DNA of 64,000 bases from Callorhinchus milii. Its lineage: Eukaryota. The notes below the pieces were generated by a model that did not search any database, was not told the DNA's origin, and saw only the letters and a list, made by a program, of their open reading frames with translations. Positions 13,253-24,879 of the stretch are shown one piece after another. The stretch lies in contig NW_024704742.1 in assembly GCF_018977255.1 (NCBI RefSeq), positions 61,630,001 through 61,694,000 of the forward strand. The letters are read 5' to 3'. Position numbers and translations under genes: made by a program. Each line of letters begins with the position of its first letter. Position 1 is the first letter of the stretch.

Positions 13253-13622
13253 TGGAGTTCGGTAGCATATTGATTAGCATGTGCTCACCTCGCAAGCAAG
13301 AGGAGCCGGGTTTGATTCCTGGGTGCGGTGAAACCTTAGGCAAGTTTGCTTTCTCCATACACTTCTGTTTACCTAGCAGTACATAGGAACCCGGTTATTA
13401 GTCGATTGGCGCATCACTTTCCGGGAGTAATAATTCCTCAAGAAAAATGTGGTCACTCAATTCACGACTGTTTGTGGGGCACTGCTGTGTGCAATTGGCG
13501 GTCACATTTTGTCCACAAAATATACAGTCAATCCACTTTACAATATATTCTGTGAAGCACTTTGAGGTGTCTCAACAATGTGATAAGGTGCTATATCAAA
13601 TGCAATTATTATTATTATTAAA
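13253..13622 (+). mobile_element. tRNA-Ala-headed SINE, full length, inserted into an older repeat
   Basis: Runs from the head tggagttcggtagc to an (ATT)n tail. Confidence 0.88.
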
Positions 13623-13807
13623 TTAACTTCAGTGTCTCCTGATGGGTTAGACTGAAAAAAATCAGCCTGGGTTCCTACTCATAAAAGTTTCAGACATCCC
13701 CTGTTGGAAGATATGTGTACGTAGGTGTCTAGTGAGGACAGGATTAGTCTTGGCTGTGATTCCCTTTGAGGTTGAAAACTGCCACCAGTCACTTTTAAGA
13801 CTCAGGC

Positions 13808-14045
13808 AACAACAGAAGCCCCTTACACATATAAAGTACCTTCCACATCGGGAGGATGTCTGAAAATACTTCACACAGCTGAATGAAAACCTGAGCTGGA
13901 GGGTGGGGATAGGGGGATCTGGGAGGTGGGGTTGTAAATGATTAAACGTGAGTACAGACAGATAGGTTTAAAGTGTCTTTTGAAAGCGGGGAGGGCTGGG
14001 GCAAGCTGAAGGGACTGAAGAATGGAGTTCCAGAAGGTGGGGGAG
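13808..14045 (-). mobile_element. L2 3' end fragment
   Basis: PTFWNSILQSL...LPAFKRHFK plus the stem-loop tail on the minus strand. Confidence 0.7.
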
Positions 14046-14336
14046 ATTAACAACAACAAAGACTTGCACTTATATAGTGCCCTTCATGTGGGACAGCGTC
14101 TCGGAGTGATTAAATCAGTAAATCAACGATCGCTTTGGCAAGTTACCAGTAGGCAATTGATGTGAGTGGAACTGTATTCCAGTAGAGGCAAACTGAATAA
14201 AATGTCTTGATTAGAAGAGGGGAGGAGAAAATTGGAGGAGAAAAATTGACAGAGTAAATTTTAAAAAATTCAGGAATGCCTTGAGTGCAGTAAGTGAAAA
14301 TACTCAGGCAAAATGAATACTTATTGTAATGAAGTA

Positions 14337-14560
14337 TAAACACAGATGTCACTGGGAACACACAGCAGGTCAGGCAGCACCCATGGAGAGAGGAAAATGA
14401 GTTAACGTTTCAAGTCAATGACAGTTCGTCAGAACATTGAGCTTTAACTTTAACTCATTTTCCTCTCTCCATGGATGCTGCCTGACCTGCTGCGTGTTCC
14501 CAGCGACTTTTGTGTTTATTCCAGATTTCCAGCATCTGCAGTATTTTGCCTTTTGCTTAT
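14337..14560. mobile_element. Penelope-like element terminal remnant arranged as an inverted repeat
   Basis: About 70-bp arms (14337-14405 and 14450-14518) are reverse complements with a few mismatches. The spacer holds a hammerhead-type core on the minus strand. Confidence 0.65.
14399..14435 (-). ncRNA. Minimal type I hammerhead ribozyme-like motif
   Basis: Minus strand reads GUU-CUGACGA-acugucauugacuu-GAAAC-GUU^AAC. Core boxes are intact; stem II is weak. Confidence 0.5.
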
Positions 14561-17500
14561 TGTAATGAAGATGACAGCCGACATCTTGAGTGCACAATCC
14601 TTGGGTATTTTGCCTATGAACGTTAAAGACCTTTGTACTTGATCCATATTTCTGCACTTAACATTTTCTGGTTATCAGGTTTAGCAGTGCTGGTCGCAGG
14701 GTCACGCTGACTCACTTGCCCCAATATCATGCTCCCTTACCTCAGGAGAATACCACGTAGTGTATTTGGTTTGTCCTGATCCCATGCCAGCATTCTTTGT
14801 GACCTCTGAGTGAGAACGATATTTGTTCTTGAATTGAAGCCAGTTATGTGCTGTAGTTTCAACATCCCTGAGAGCCAAGAACCACACTGAAGCTGCTAAA
14901 GCTCATTGCAAATGGGAAGAGCTCTCACAGTCAGAGAGAGACCACACATCCAGTCCTTCACCCTGGGATGGAACAAACCCCAGGATGTGCTGAGCCATTT
15001 CACCAACACCTGCTCCAACTACTGAAATAACACCTCAGGAATGTCCATTATAATGCTCTGTCCTTACAATACAACAGGAGCAAAACAGAAATAAAAATAA
15101 ACACTGCTTGATATTCAGTTCAGCAAAGATTCCACTTTAATGCCCAGGTTTAAATGGATTTCCTGAGCACTTTATTTAATGAGTTCTGCTAATTTCAACA
15201 ACACAATTTTTGTTGTTATGCTTCACCTAGTTTACACTCTGCATCATGTTACAATCTGGATTCAGTGACAACCCCTTTCTCTCCCACTTCCCTCCCTCCT
15301 CTCCTGCTACATTGTTTGAGGGATTTTATAACCTAATCATTCTAGGGACAATTGGTTAGTTGCCAGCTTCAGCCTTCCACATACTGTACATCCACGAGAA
15401 GTTACATTTGAACATGTGCACATTTTGTTGCAATGTAAAATACGTTTGATGAAAGCCCAGAAAAGTAATAATTTTCTCTGTTGGTTCCAATGGTTTCAAT
15501 GAATATTTTTTAAAAATTGTTTTGCTACATATCACTGATGCAAACTTTGGGAATTGAAAATATTTATTTATGTCGAGACTAAGTCACATTTGTGAATCGG
15601 CTAAAAAAAAATCCATTGGGTATTTAGAAACCCGATGATGCCGAGTCCATTCCCTGCCGATTAAACTACTCCAATATGAAATAATTATTCCTGGGAGACC
15701 AGATTCCTTAATGAGGTCCATAAACCTCTATTGGTCATCACTAGGGGGCGTTTAGCTTTCTCTCATGTAGATATAACAATAAGTATTTCATAAACTGATG
15801 AATAATAATTTGTAATTAACAAACAATAATTGTAAGGGCATTTGATCCTTGCATTGGGACCATCTATTTCAGAAAACAGGAGAGGTACCTTAAAATCATG
15901 TTGAATTCAAGTAGCTAAATCTGAGGTTTTATGATGTGAGTCATGTGTTACACCCCTGTGTCATCCTTTTTTGTTTTAGTGTGTGTCCCTAATACATGTC
16001 TTGATGTCAATGCTAACACTCATTTTAAACCATCAAAGTGTTTCCCTGGCTAGAGTTTCTTCATATCTCGCATGGCCTGTTAGATTTATGTTTGTTAGTA
16101 TTAATTAAGCAACTCCTTTGATCCTATATTTCCACAGTTTCAAATATGGCGTGGTGTTTGACTGTTTAAGGAATGTAACAAACTGTGTCATATTTCCCTT
16201 GTTTAATTTAAGTGTTTACTGAAGAAAAGTATTTAGAATCAAAACTTTTTTTAATTCTTATTTCTTCCTCTTCCTCCTTTATACAATGCACTTATCAAAA
16301 ATGCATTAAATGCTCTCATTTAGGATATGCTTGTTATGTTATCACTTAATGAAATACACTTATATAAAATCATTTTTTATTTAACTTTCCATTCACCGTT
16401 GAAACTGGTCTGGGCAACAAAACTGCATATTGTTTTGTTTGCTTTACCCACTCTCAATGACCCTCATTCTTTCACGCAAGTCGGAGGGCAGTTCCCGGGA
16501 TATGGCTTGTTGTCTTGCCCACCAGATCTCAGCTCTGTGGAGATGACTGATCTCCAGTCAGCACCTTCCCATGCAGAACCATCCTGAAATTCAGCACAAA
16601 CTAAATCTTCTATTTCTTGAAGCTGCCACCGACATTCTGTGAATGCTGTTTTCAACCATGGTCCTGCCTTGAGAAAGACAGCATCATTAGCTGTTCCGCC
16701 CACAAAATATACAGTCAATTCACTTTACAGTATATTCTGTGAGACGTCTCAAAGACGTGATAAGGTGCTATATCAAATGGAAGGATTATTATCATTAACG
16801 CTGCTGCTCACCTCTATATCTTGAGATTCAGGTGATTTTTTTTCCCAGTGTTCGCACATTTCTTACGGTTTATTGCTGGAATAAACAAAACCATTTACCA
16901 CCATTTCTAAAACTCCAATGCATTTTTGAGACCGTATTTAGGAACAGGTGTCAAAAGCAATAATACTGCCCAAAAACCTCCATAAACTGATTAACAAGGC
17001 CCAGCAGGGGTACCAAGTATTCCTAAGTCCCTCATCACAAGATCACGAGAGGTTTGGATGAAAAAGGCATTTCGGCCTCATTTGGCCTCAAGCTAAGCTC
17101 TTCCCATTACAGCATTAAGCCTTTTTTTTGACTGCATCCACCCTACCTGGTATGACACACTCTTAATCAAATATAATTATTAATAAAGTGTGTTAAATGG
17201 TGTTAAATGACATATTTTGACACAATAATTTGATTTCCTGACATAATAAATTTAAACCTCTATGAAACAAATCACAATGGATCTCCTGAAGGATTTGATC
17301 AGTTATTTCATCTTGTGACCTGGATTGAAATCCAGTTACCAATGATGAGTTGATAGCTTTTAATGCTCCTCAGTTTGCTGCGGCCTCAGTCCCTTTCCCG
17401 TAGGTTTTAAGTCCACTTCACAGTGTAAGAATGTGCTTCAGTTTGGCTCGCTTGGTACTCATTTGCTAATCTCACTCAGACAGGTCATAAGAATGTAATT

Positions 17501-18287
17501 GAAGTATGGGAAATGGAAATGCCATGCAGTTAGGGTCTGCCACGCTGATAGACTTGGAAATTTAGCTACATTGTCAGGATAATGGAGAGAAGGTTCTCCT
17601 TTCATCTGGCTTGCATTATATTGTCTTGGGAAATTCTTGTGCAAAATAGGAAACTGTTCATTCCCTTCAAACCTGCCATCTTCATCTTGAACAGTGTAAA
17701 GATACATCAAAAAAACAAAGCTGTTTGAAAAGAATTTATATTGCAATCAACGCACTAGAGTATGCTAAAGGGCCTCTAATGCTAAACACTATTACTTTAT
17801 TCATGGCGAACGCTGAGGATGCTAAATAAATTGGAGTAATGAATATAATGAACAATAACAAAGAGAAATTGCCCCCAAAGTCAGCAATGGAAGGGTTAAG
17901 TCAGGCCGTGCTGACTCAAAAAAAACTGGCTAAAATACAGAAACAATATCGCCTGCAAGGAACAGCACAGCAAGAGGCTTAAATAAAACGGAAAAAGGCA
18001 CAAGAGAAACTGCAGTGGCTAAAAGATAAACTTGCACGTTATACTTCTCAACCTTTAGTTTTTCAGATTATATGATTCACAGACTGAATTATGCAAAAAT
18101 ATACCATGATATGTTAACATGTCAGGTAGATGTAAACACCATCTGTTGCTGCATTTGGAAGGGTAGGTGGTGGTGGTGCTGGTGGTATGGAGGGTTGGTG
18201 GGGGCAGAGAATGTAAGCATTGTTTGTTGTTGCCCTGATCACATATTGCCGAACGTGAGTAACTTTAATGCTTCACTGCCTTTGCAG

Positions 18288-18557
18288 GATGATGAGGTGA
18301 GAGAAAGCCGATTTAGCTTCAGTGCGTATGGGATGGGACCATGTCTGCAACCGAAGGATGGACTTCCTGGAAAAGGATCAAATAGCTTGCCTGCACCGAA
18401 AAGCCAAGATGACATGAGAAAGCTATTCATTGACAGAGCCAAGAAAATTGACACAGTAGCGAGAGCTGGTTTTCCGTTAGCCTTTTTAATTTTCAACATT
18501 TTCTATTGGGTGATCTACAAAATCATTAGGCGTGAGGACATACATCAGCAGGACTAG
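18288..18557 (+). CDS. glra3: Glycine receptor alpha-3 terminal coding exon (intracellular loop, TM4, stop)
   Basis: cctttgcag|GAT. Translates [25 protein letters not shown]...[51 protein letters not shown] and the C-terminal EDIHQQD are alpha3-like. Confidence 0.96.
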   Translation, partial: DDEVRESRFSFSAYGMGPCLQPKDGLPGKGSNSLPAPKSQDDMRKLFIDRAKKIDTVARAGFPLAFLIFNIFYWVIYKIIRREDIHQQD

Positions 18558-18984
18558 TTTCCGAACTCAAGCAGACATCAGTTACCAATGATTCGAGCAT
18601 TAAAACAAATAAACAATCAAAAGGGAATGAATAGCTGCTTCTAGACTCATCCTTAAAAAATCAGCAGTGACATTGGGTGAATTATGCAAACTGAAAACAA
18701 CCATAAATGAACAACAGTATAGTCATTATCTAATACTTTCTGTATTTTCACATCCCACACAGTAGTTGGGGGGGTGGGAGGGGGGGGGGGGGGAGGGAAC
18801 TGCTGACCAAGATAAATGAATTAATAGGATCTGTTTATTTTCTATCGTGTTGCACAGTTGATTGCTTGGAATTCGAACTGCAGATGCCAATAAATTATAT
18901 ACACTGGAAGGAACTATTATGTGTTGGAGGTGGGGGGAGACACAGGGGAGGAAATGAAGCAAGGGCATTCCTTATGAGAGATGT

Positions 18985-19187
18985 AAGACTTAAATTTTGT
19001 CTTAAAATTTAAGGTTGCACAGAATTTTTGAAAATGCTTGAATTCAGTCTGAACTTAGAAGCTGGCCGGCACGTTTTTTAACAACTGCGGGAAACGGGCT
19101 TCCGATTTAAGAGAATTGTATGGGATCTTACAATGTAAAGCAAAAATGGCCCCCCAGGAGGATAAGACTAGGTAGAAATTCAGGCCA
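18985..19187. mobile_element. AT-rich MITE-like element (family also at 1440-1572, 20410-20700, 21210-21590, 38880-39010, 47715-47845, 56733-56932)
   Basis: Shared end taagactaggt(a/g)gaa(a)tt..ggcc and internal cttaaaatttaaggttg. The 56733 copy has both inverted ends. Confidence 0.55.
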
Positions 19188-21209
19188 AAATACAGCAGGT
19201 AGCAATATTTTGACAATTTTAAAATTCTTTATTTTAATTTAGCACAACTGCACTATGCCCATAGTGCCACAAAGATGTGTGACACAGTGGGATACAGACA
19301 GATAAAAGCTGCATGGAAATTAGAAGGTCCTGTTGCAAAGCAATTTGTATAAATTTGTATCTTTCTCATTGATAACCATCCTCGTTTTATTTACTGAACA
19401 AACGACCAACTTAACAAGCTGCGGGAAAACAACAGAGCAACTGGTAGGCAAGTGACTATCTCCCATCCTTCGCTCTTTCTTCTCTGCTCGTTCTTCGGTT
19501 CATATCATCCTCCCTTATCCAGGCACTTAGCTTTTTATCTTTACTTGAGTTGTATTTCACTTATTTTCATGGAATCATTTCCTTTGCTGAGTTTGAAAGC
19601 ATGACTTGGGTGAGTTTACATGAAAATTAAGTTATGGTCTGCAAGTAAAATTGAAAACAATTTCAAACACTCCTTTGCTCTCCTAGTTTGTCAATTTTTG
19701 TTGATTTATGAATGAGAAGTATAACAGTAAACCATCAATTCAACTTTTCTGAAGCTGGGAAAAAAACAAACTTTAAACAATTCAACAAGCGAAACTTTAA
19801 ACAACTCTCTCAAGTGAGAGCGACTGTGGAACATGATAGTTTTATTTTAACTTTTGCTAAAAATGCGTTCTCCTTGTACATTTGATAACAAAAGACAGCC
19901 TTTTTTCCCATGTAGATCAGTTGTCACTTTACCTGGAAACAAGGGCAGAAATCTGTTCACTGAAATCACGTGAAAATGCCATACTGGCCTCTAAATCCCA
20001 CATGACTTCACATCTGATTTCACAGCACAATTGTTCAGCTGCTTAGCTGTTGTTCCTTCTTGCTGCAATCAATAATCCATGTATTTTTACAATTTAATTG
20101 CTTAAATTCAGTGGTATTGTATTACTGTAAAATGCTCCAGAAATGTAACAGGGAAGGTGATAACAGACCGTTTCTGCTACATGTCTATTGCACCTTTATT
20201 CCTGATTAAAATCCTTCAGCTGCCATTGACAGCAGGATATATCAGACTGTTACGCATTTCCAGTTCTTCCATTTTGCATGTGCAGGAGATATCTATGACA
20301 ACTAACAGAGTTATTCCCAGGGACTCTTAAAATTTCATTTATTAGTTTATATAAGGCTTATCTTGTCACAAGTTATCTCCATCCCAATTCAAAATGAAAA
20401 AAGAATTAGTGACCACAAATTTCACCCAGTCTTAGCCTGTTTAGGCCAAGAACAACAAGTTTCATTTATATAACTCCCTTCATGAAGGATAATATCTTGA
20501 AGCACTTCTAAATGCTCCCATGCTTTGGATCAAGATGAGCACTTTTCTCTTAAACATTAAGATGCCAAGGAATTGTGGAAACTTAATTTAGGAGCTGTTT
20601 TCTTTTTAAAAACTGTGGAAAACCAGATTGCAAATTAAGTTTGAAGTCAGAAAAAGGTCGAAACAGGCTGAGACTTAATGCAATTGAGCACTTTTTGTCT
20701 TTTTAAGCTGTTGGGTCCAGAATCCACAGGGTATTGACATAGCATTGAACTACCATCTGTAAACAGGACATTGTCGGCTTGTTGCTGGCCACTGTGTTGA
20801 CAGGAGTCGAGAGGCTTGAAACAAATGACATCATAGCTCCCAAAGAACAGGGATCATATATGAGCAAGGAGAATGATTATTTAAGAAATTCAAAAAGTAG
20901 CGGGAATGATTGTTAGCGCAGGGGGAGAAACCTCAAGGCACCCCTTGTTCTGAGCAATATTAAATTTGCCAAAAGCCATTGTTTAGTAACAAAGTGACAT
21001 TGAACATCACATAGTACAATAGTGAAACAATCCCCTCAGTCTATTCTTAGTTTCCAGTGGACCGAAAACCCACACAGTCTCAGGCTTAAGACTATTGCCT
21101 ACAAATGCAGAGTCGCTACATTTTAGAGTAAATCCTGTGCAGCGCTTTGGGACGTCCTCCTTATGTGAAAGCCGCTATATCAAATATAAGGAATATTATT
21201 ATTATTGTC

Positions 21210-21590
21210 TTAAAATTTAAGGTTGTACAAATTTTGAAAAAAATCATTCAGTATCATTTTGGAAGCCAATTTTTTTGCCCTTTTCAGAAGAACGCCCGCT
21301 TCCGTATCAATGTAGAAATTCTTCGATATTGGTACATTCTTAAAATTGAAGGCAATGGTTCTAAGCCTTAAACCTGGAGAATTTTGGGTGTTGAGTTTGA
21401 ATGACATCAAGTTTTAGAACTCAGCTTGAGCAGAGAAGCCTTGTGTGCACCGATAAACCGCTTTTTACTTTGAAAATAACAAAATGTGCACACAAGGGAT
21501 AAATCTTCCTAAGACAGTTTTGTACACGATCTGAGATTTAGAAGCAAAAAATCTTTTTTTTCAAATTTCTACAACCTTGAACTGTTAGTT
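21210..21590. mobile_element. Palindromic MITE-like element in the putative glra3 3'UTR
   Basis: aaggttgtacaaattttgaaaaaaa (21219-21243) versus ttttttttcaaatttctacaacctt (21554-21578), an imperfect inverted repeat. Confidence 0.6.
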
Positions 21591-24500
21591 GAAAACACAG
21601 TATCGTTTTCTGAAGTGACTTCATAGATTTGTTGATATTGCATGTGACAGTATTTCTTACTGGGACTTAGTTTATTGACAAATTGTTTCCGTGCATTGGT
21701 AAGCAGTGTGTGTACGTACAGCAGTACTCTTCTGAGCTTCCAAGTGAAAATGTAACCAACGACAAAAAATATTCGTTATAACTGCTGAAGATGCCACATT
21801 AGAGGCAAAATTTTTAAACAAATACACGTTCTGGCAGTGTTGGATGAAAACTTTTTTTCATTTAACATTGGAGCACTAAGTCTCAAGAGTTTTTAATTGA
21901 TGGTACGCTGAGTTATTTAACTAATATTTATTACTCAAGAATGTTAATATCAATCGGCTTTGTGGACTTCTTGCATTACTTTTGGAACAGTTGAAACCTG
22001 CTATATTCATCAATCAAGCTTTCGTTCATCTCTCATCAATTTGTAAGATTTTGTAGAATTGTTATTAACTGCGCACTTATAGTGGTGGCTGATGGATTCA
22101 GGCCACCAGTGGTGATTTCATTTTCCTGTATTTGGCGACAATAAGGACAGTGTTCTCTTAGTGCCATAACCCATATTTACACAAGTACTAAAATATGTTT
22201 CAAATAGTGTATTGATGAATGATTGATATGTGAATTGAAAATAGATTACATGGCATACCTGCTATGAAGATGTTGCAGATGTATATTTTCTTCACCCTTT
22301 CATTTGGATATAAAGAAACAAGGAAGACATGGTAATGACATATTAGCAATAATGTTCTAGGAAAGAGAATGTGCCAATTATGCAGAAATGTAGTGGGTGG
22401 GAGGAGGCGTCATTCTTCCATTGCTGATAAATTTAGTGACGAGCAAATATTATCCTCCATTGTCTGTCCCATTATCACCTGCCGGTGTTTATATAATGGG
22501 ACATGCAATTTATAGTCAACTTTTTCGTCAGAGGTCAATAAATTTATCAACAAGTTAAGAATAAGCCTCACAGTCTTCCTTCATTGGCCATTAAAGTGGA
22601 GAAAAGATCCTCAAAACTTCAAGCCACAATCACTAAAATATTTGCACCAAACTCTAAGTATTAATTTCATGGATTGATTATGTGCTAAACGTTCATTAAT
22701 GTGACTGAATTTGTTTCATATCTGTGCATACCATATGATCGGATTTCATCGCTGCATTATTTTCTTTCAAAGATTGACAATATTTTTTACCTATGTACAT
22801 GCTCCATAGAATTACATACACTGAGCAGCACTGAAACTGGCCCAATTATTCTATGCCGGTGTTTAAAGTATACAAGAGCTTCCACACGTCCAGATTCCTT
22901 CTCTCACTGAGACTGCTCTATTCCCTTGCTTTGAGTTTGTTTTTAGATGTGTTGCTGCTTTATGTCTCAACAAATATGCTTTATGGCCAGGTTGCTGGGC
23001 AAAGTAATGCATTCTCAACAAATAAATTATGCTTTATAGCATAATTATAGATCACCAAATTCACACCACAAAGGACCAGCATTAGTTAGATTTATTCCAA
23101 ACATATATGTAAAATTATATTAATATGTATGAATATTATATGTATCGATGCCAATATTATTGGGAGATTTTGGAAGGTGGGTGGATTTAAATTTGACATT
23201 AGGCTCATCAAATGTAGTTTGTTAAAATTAAATTAATCAATTTTAGCTATCATGCACTTTCTTACAGAACAGTTCAGTGGTTCAAAGAATAACACTGCTG
23301 AAGTATGCAATAGTTACAATGGTGAGTTATATAAGCATTTGCCAAATAGACAAGTGTGTCTGTCTGTCTCAGTTGATAGCACACTCTCCCCTGAGTCATT
23401 GACTGTCACATTTCCCCACAAAACACAGAGTAACTGTACTTTACAGTATATCCCGTGAAGTGCTTTGAAATGTCCTCTGGGAATGAAAGGCACTATACCC
23501 AATGTAAAGATTATGATTATTAAAGTGGAAAAGAGAATGAAATTTCTCACGATGTCCAGGTCAACAATCCTCCAAATAAAATTGTTCTAATTTCATGGTT
23601 GCTTGTGACACATTGCAGTCTGAAAATTGGCCGCCACATTTGCCTACAAATGCACAGTCACTACACTTCACAGTAATATCCTGTGACTCGCTTTGAGATG
23701 TCTTGATGATGTAATAAGGCACTATTTGAAATGCAAACATTAATATTTATTAACTCTCTTTGTGTTCTTGAAGTTTTGGGGACAATAATTGCTCCATGCT
23801 AATAGTTGGAGATTATGTTTGAATGTAACTGTTACAGAAGTCATTACTTTGTGTGACATATTTATTGCACAGAAAATCAAATGTCAAATGAAGATATATT
23901 AAATCATTTGCTTTTCAGGGCTAATCATTTGAGGGAATAGTTAAAAGGATGCATCTAGTTGCTCAGTTAAGCAGAATGGAAACTGCAGGCGCATCTCGCT
24001 ATTCTCTGCAACTGGTTTCCTTCAGCTATACGATAGGCACCTGAAATGTTGATAGACGTAACCATGTAAATCTGTTGTAAAATGAATATGTGCCAACAAT
24101 AAGACATTGCTATCCATCAGCTATACAATTAATGCAACGGTGAGCACAGCTAAACCATTTACCGCTGCATTAAATTGAAATTTACGATTTTCAGTAACTT
24201 TATACGCAGACACTGAGTATTTCTGAAGAGATGTTCTTCTAACCTATACTTTCTATGTGAAACAAAATTCTGAGGTAAATATTTTAGACTCACGTCTCGT
24301 TCATCAGCTGAATGATGAAATTGAAATAATTTTCACCTGTGTACAATTGTAACAGATCCATAAATATAGTTATCTTGCATGACCCATATATCTATGAAGT
24401 GAATTTTGCTGTATTTTATCCTATTTTGAAAAAATATGAAAGCTGAATTGGTGATTAATGTGCAATTTACAGTGTACATGTACTTGTAAATATTTTGCTG

Positions 24501-24879
24501 TATAAATTATGCAAATAAACTTTTTTTCAGAAACACGTGTCCCCTCCCCGCTAATGGCATGATTCATTTTATTTATCTTTTGGTAAACTGGGTGCCTGAT
24601 ACCTGCGGAAACGCATCACCATGCTTAAGAGTGTCCAAATTAAACTGAGATCTCCACATATGTAAGACACAACATTTCGAAACGTCCTTGTGTCTGGATT
24701 GGAATGCAGACTCTCTCCCTGGAGGCATGCAACAACAACAACAACAAAATTACATTCATAGAGCACCTTTCATATTGGGAGGATGTACCAAACCGCTGAA
24801 CAGTCAGGTGTCGGGGCCCGAGTATGGGGGAAGGGTGGTATAGGGGTGAGGGAAGACAGAGAGGTGGGAGAGCGACCAA

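Larger units (their letters stand above)
18558..24540 (+). other. glra3: Probable long 3'UTR of glra3 with proximal (18608) and distal (24514) AATAAA
   Basis: AATAAA at 18608-18613 and 24514-24519. The distal signal is preceded by several TGTA motifs and followed by a T-run. The region is poor in long LINE fragments. Confidence 0.5.

Noticed and set aside
18072..18287. N-terminal part of ORF 18072-18557 (and similarly 7024-7051, 7906-7998, 52886-52972)
   Set aside because: Intronic read-through upstream of clear splice acceptors.
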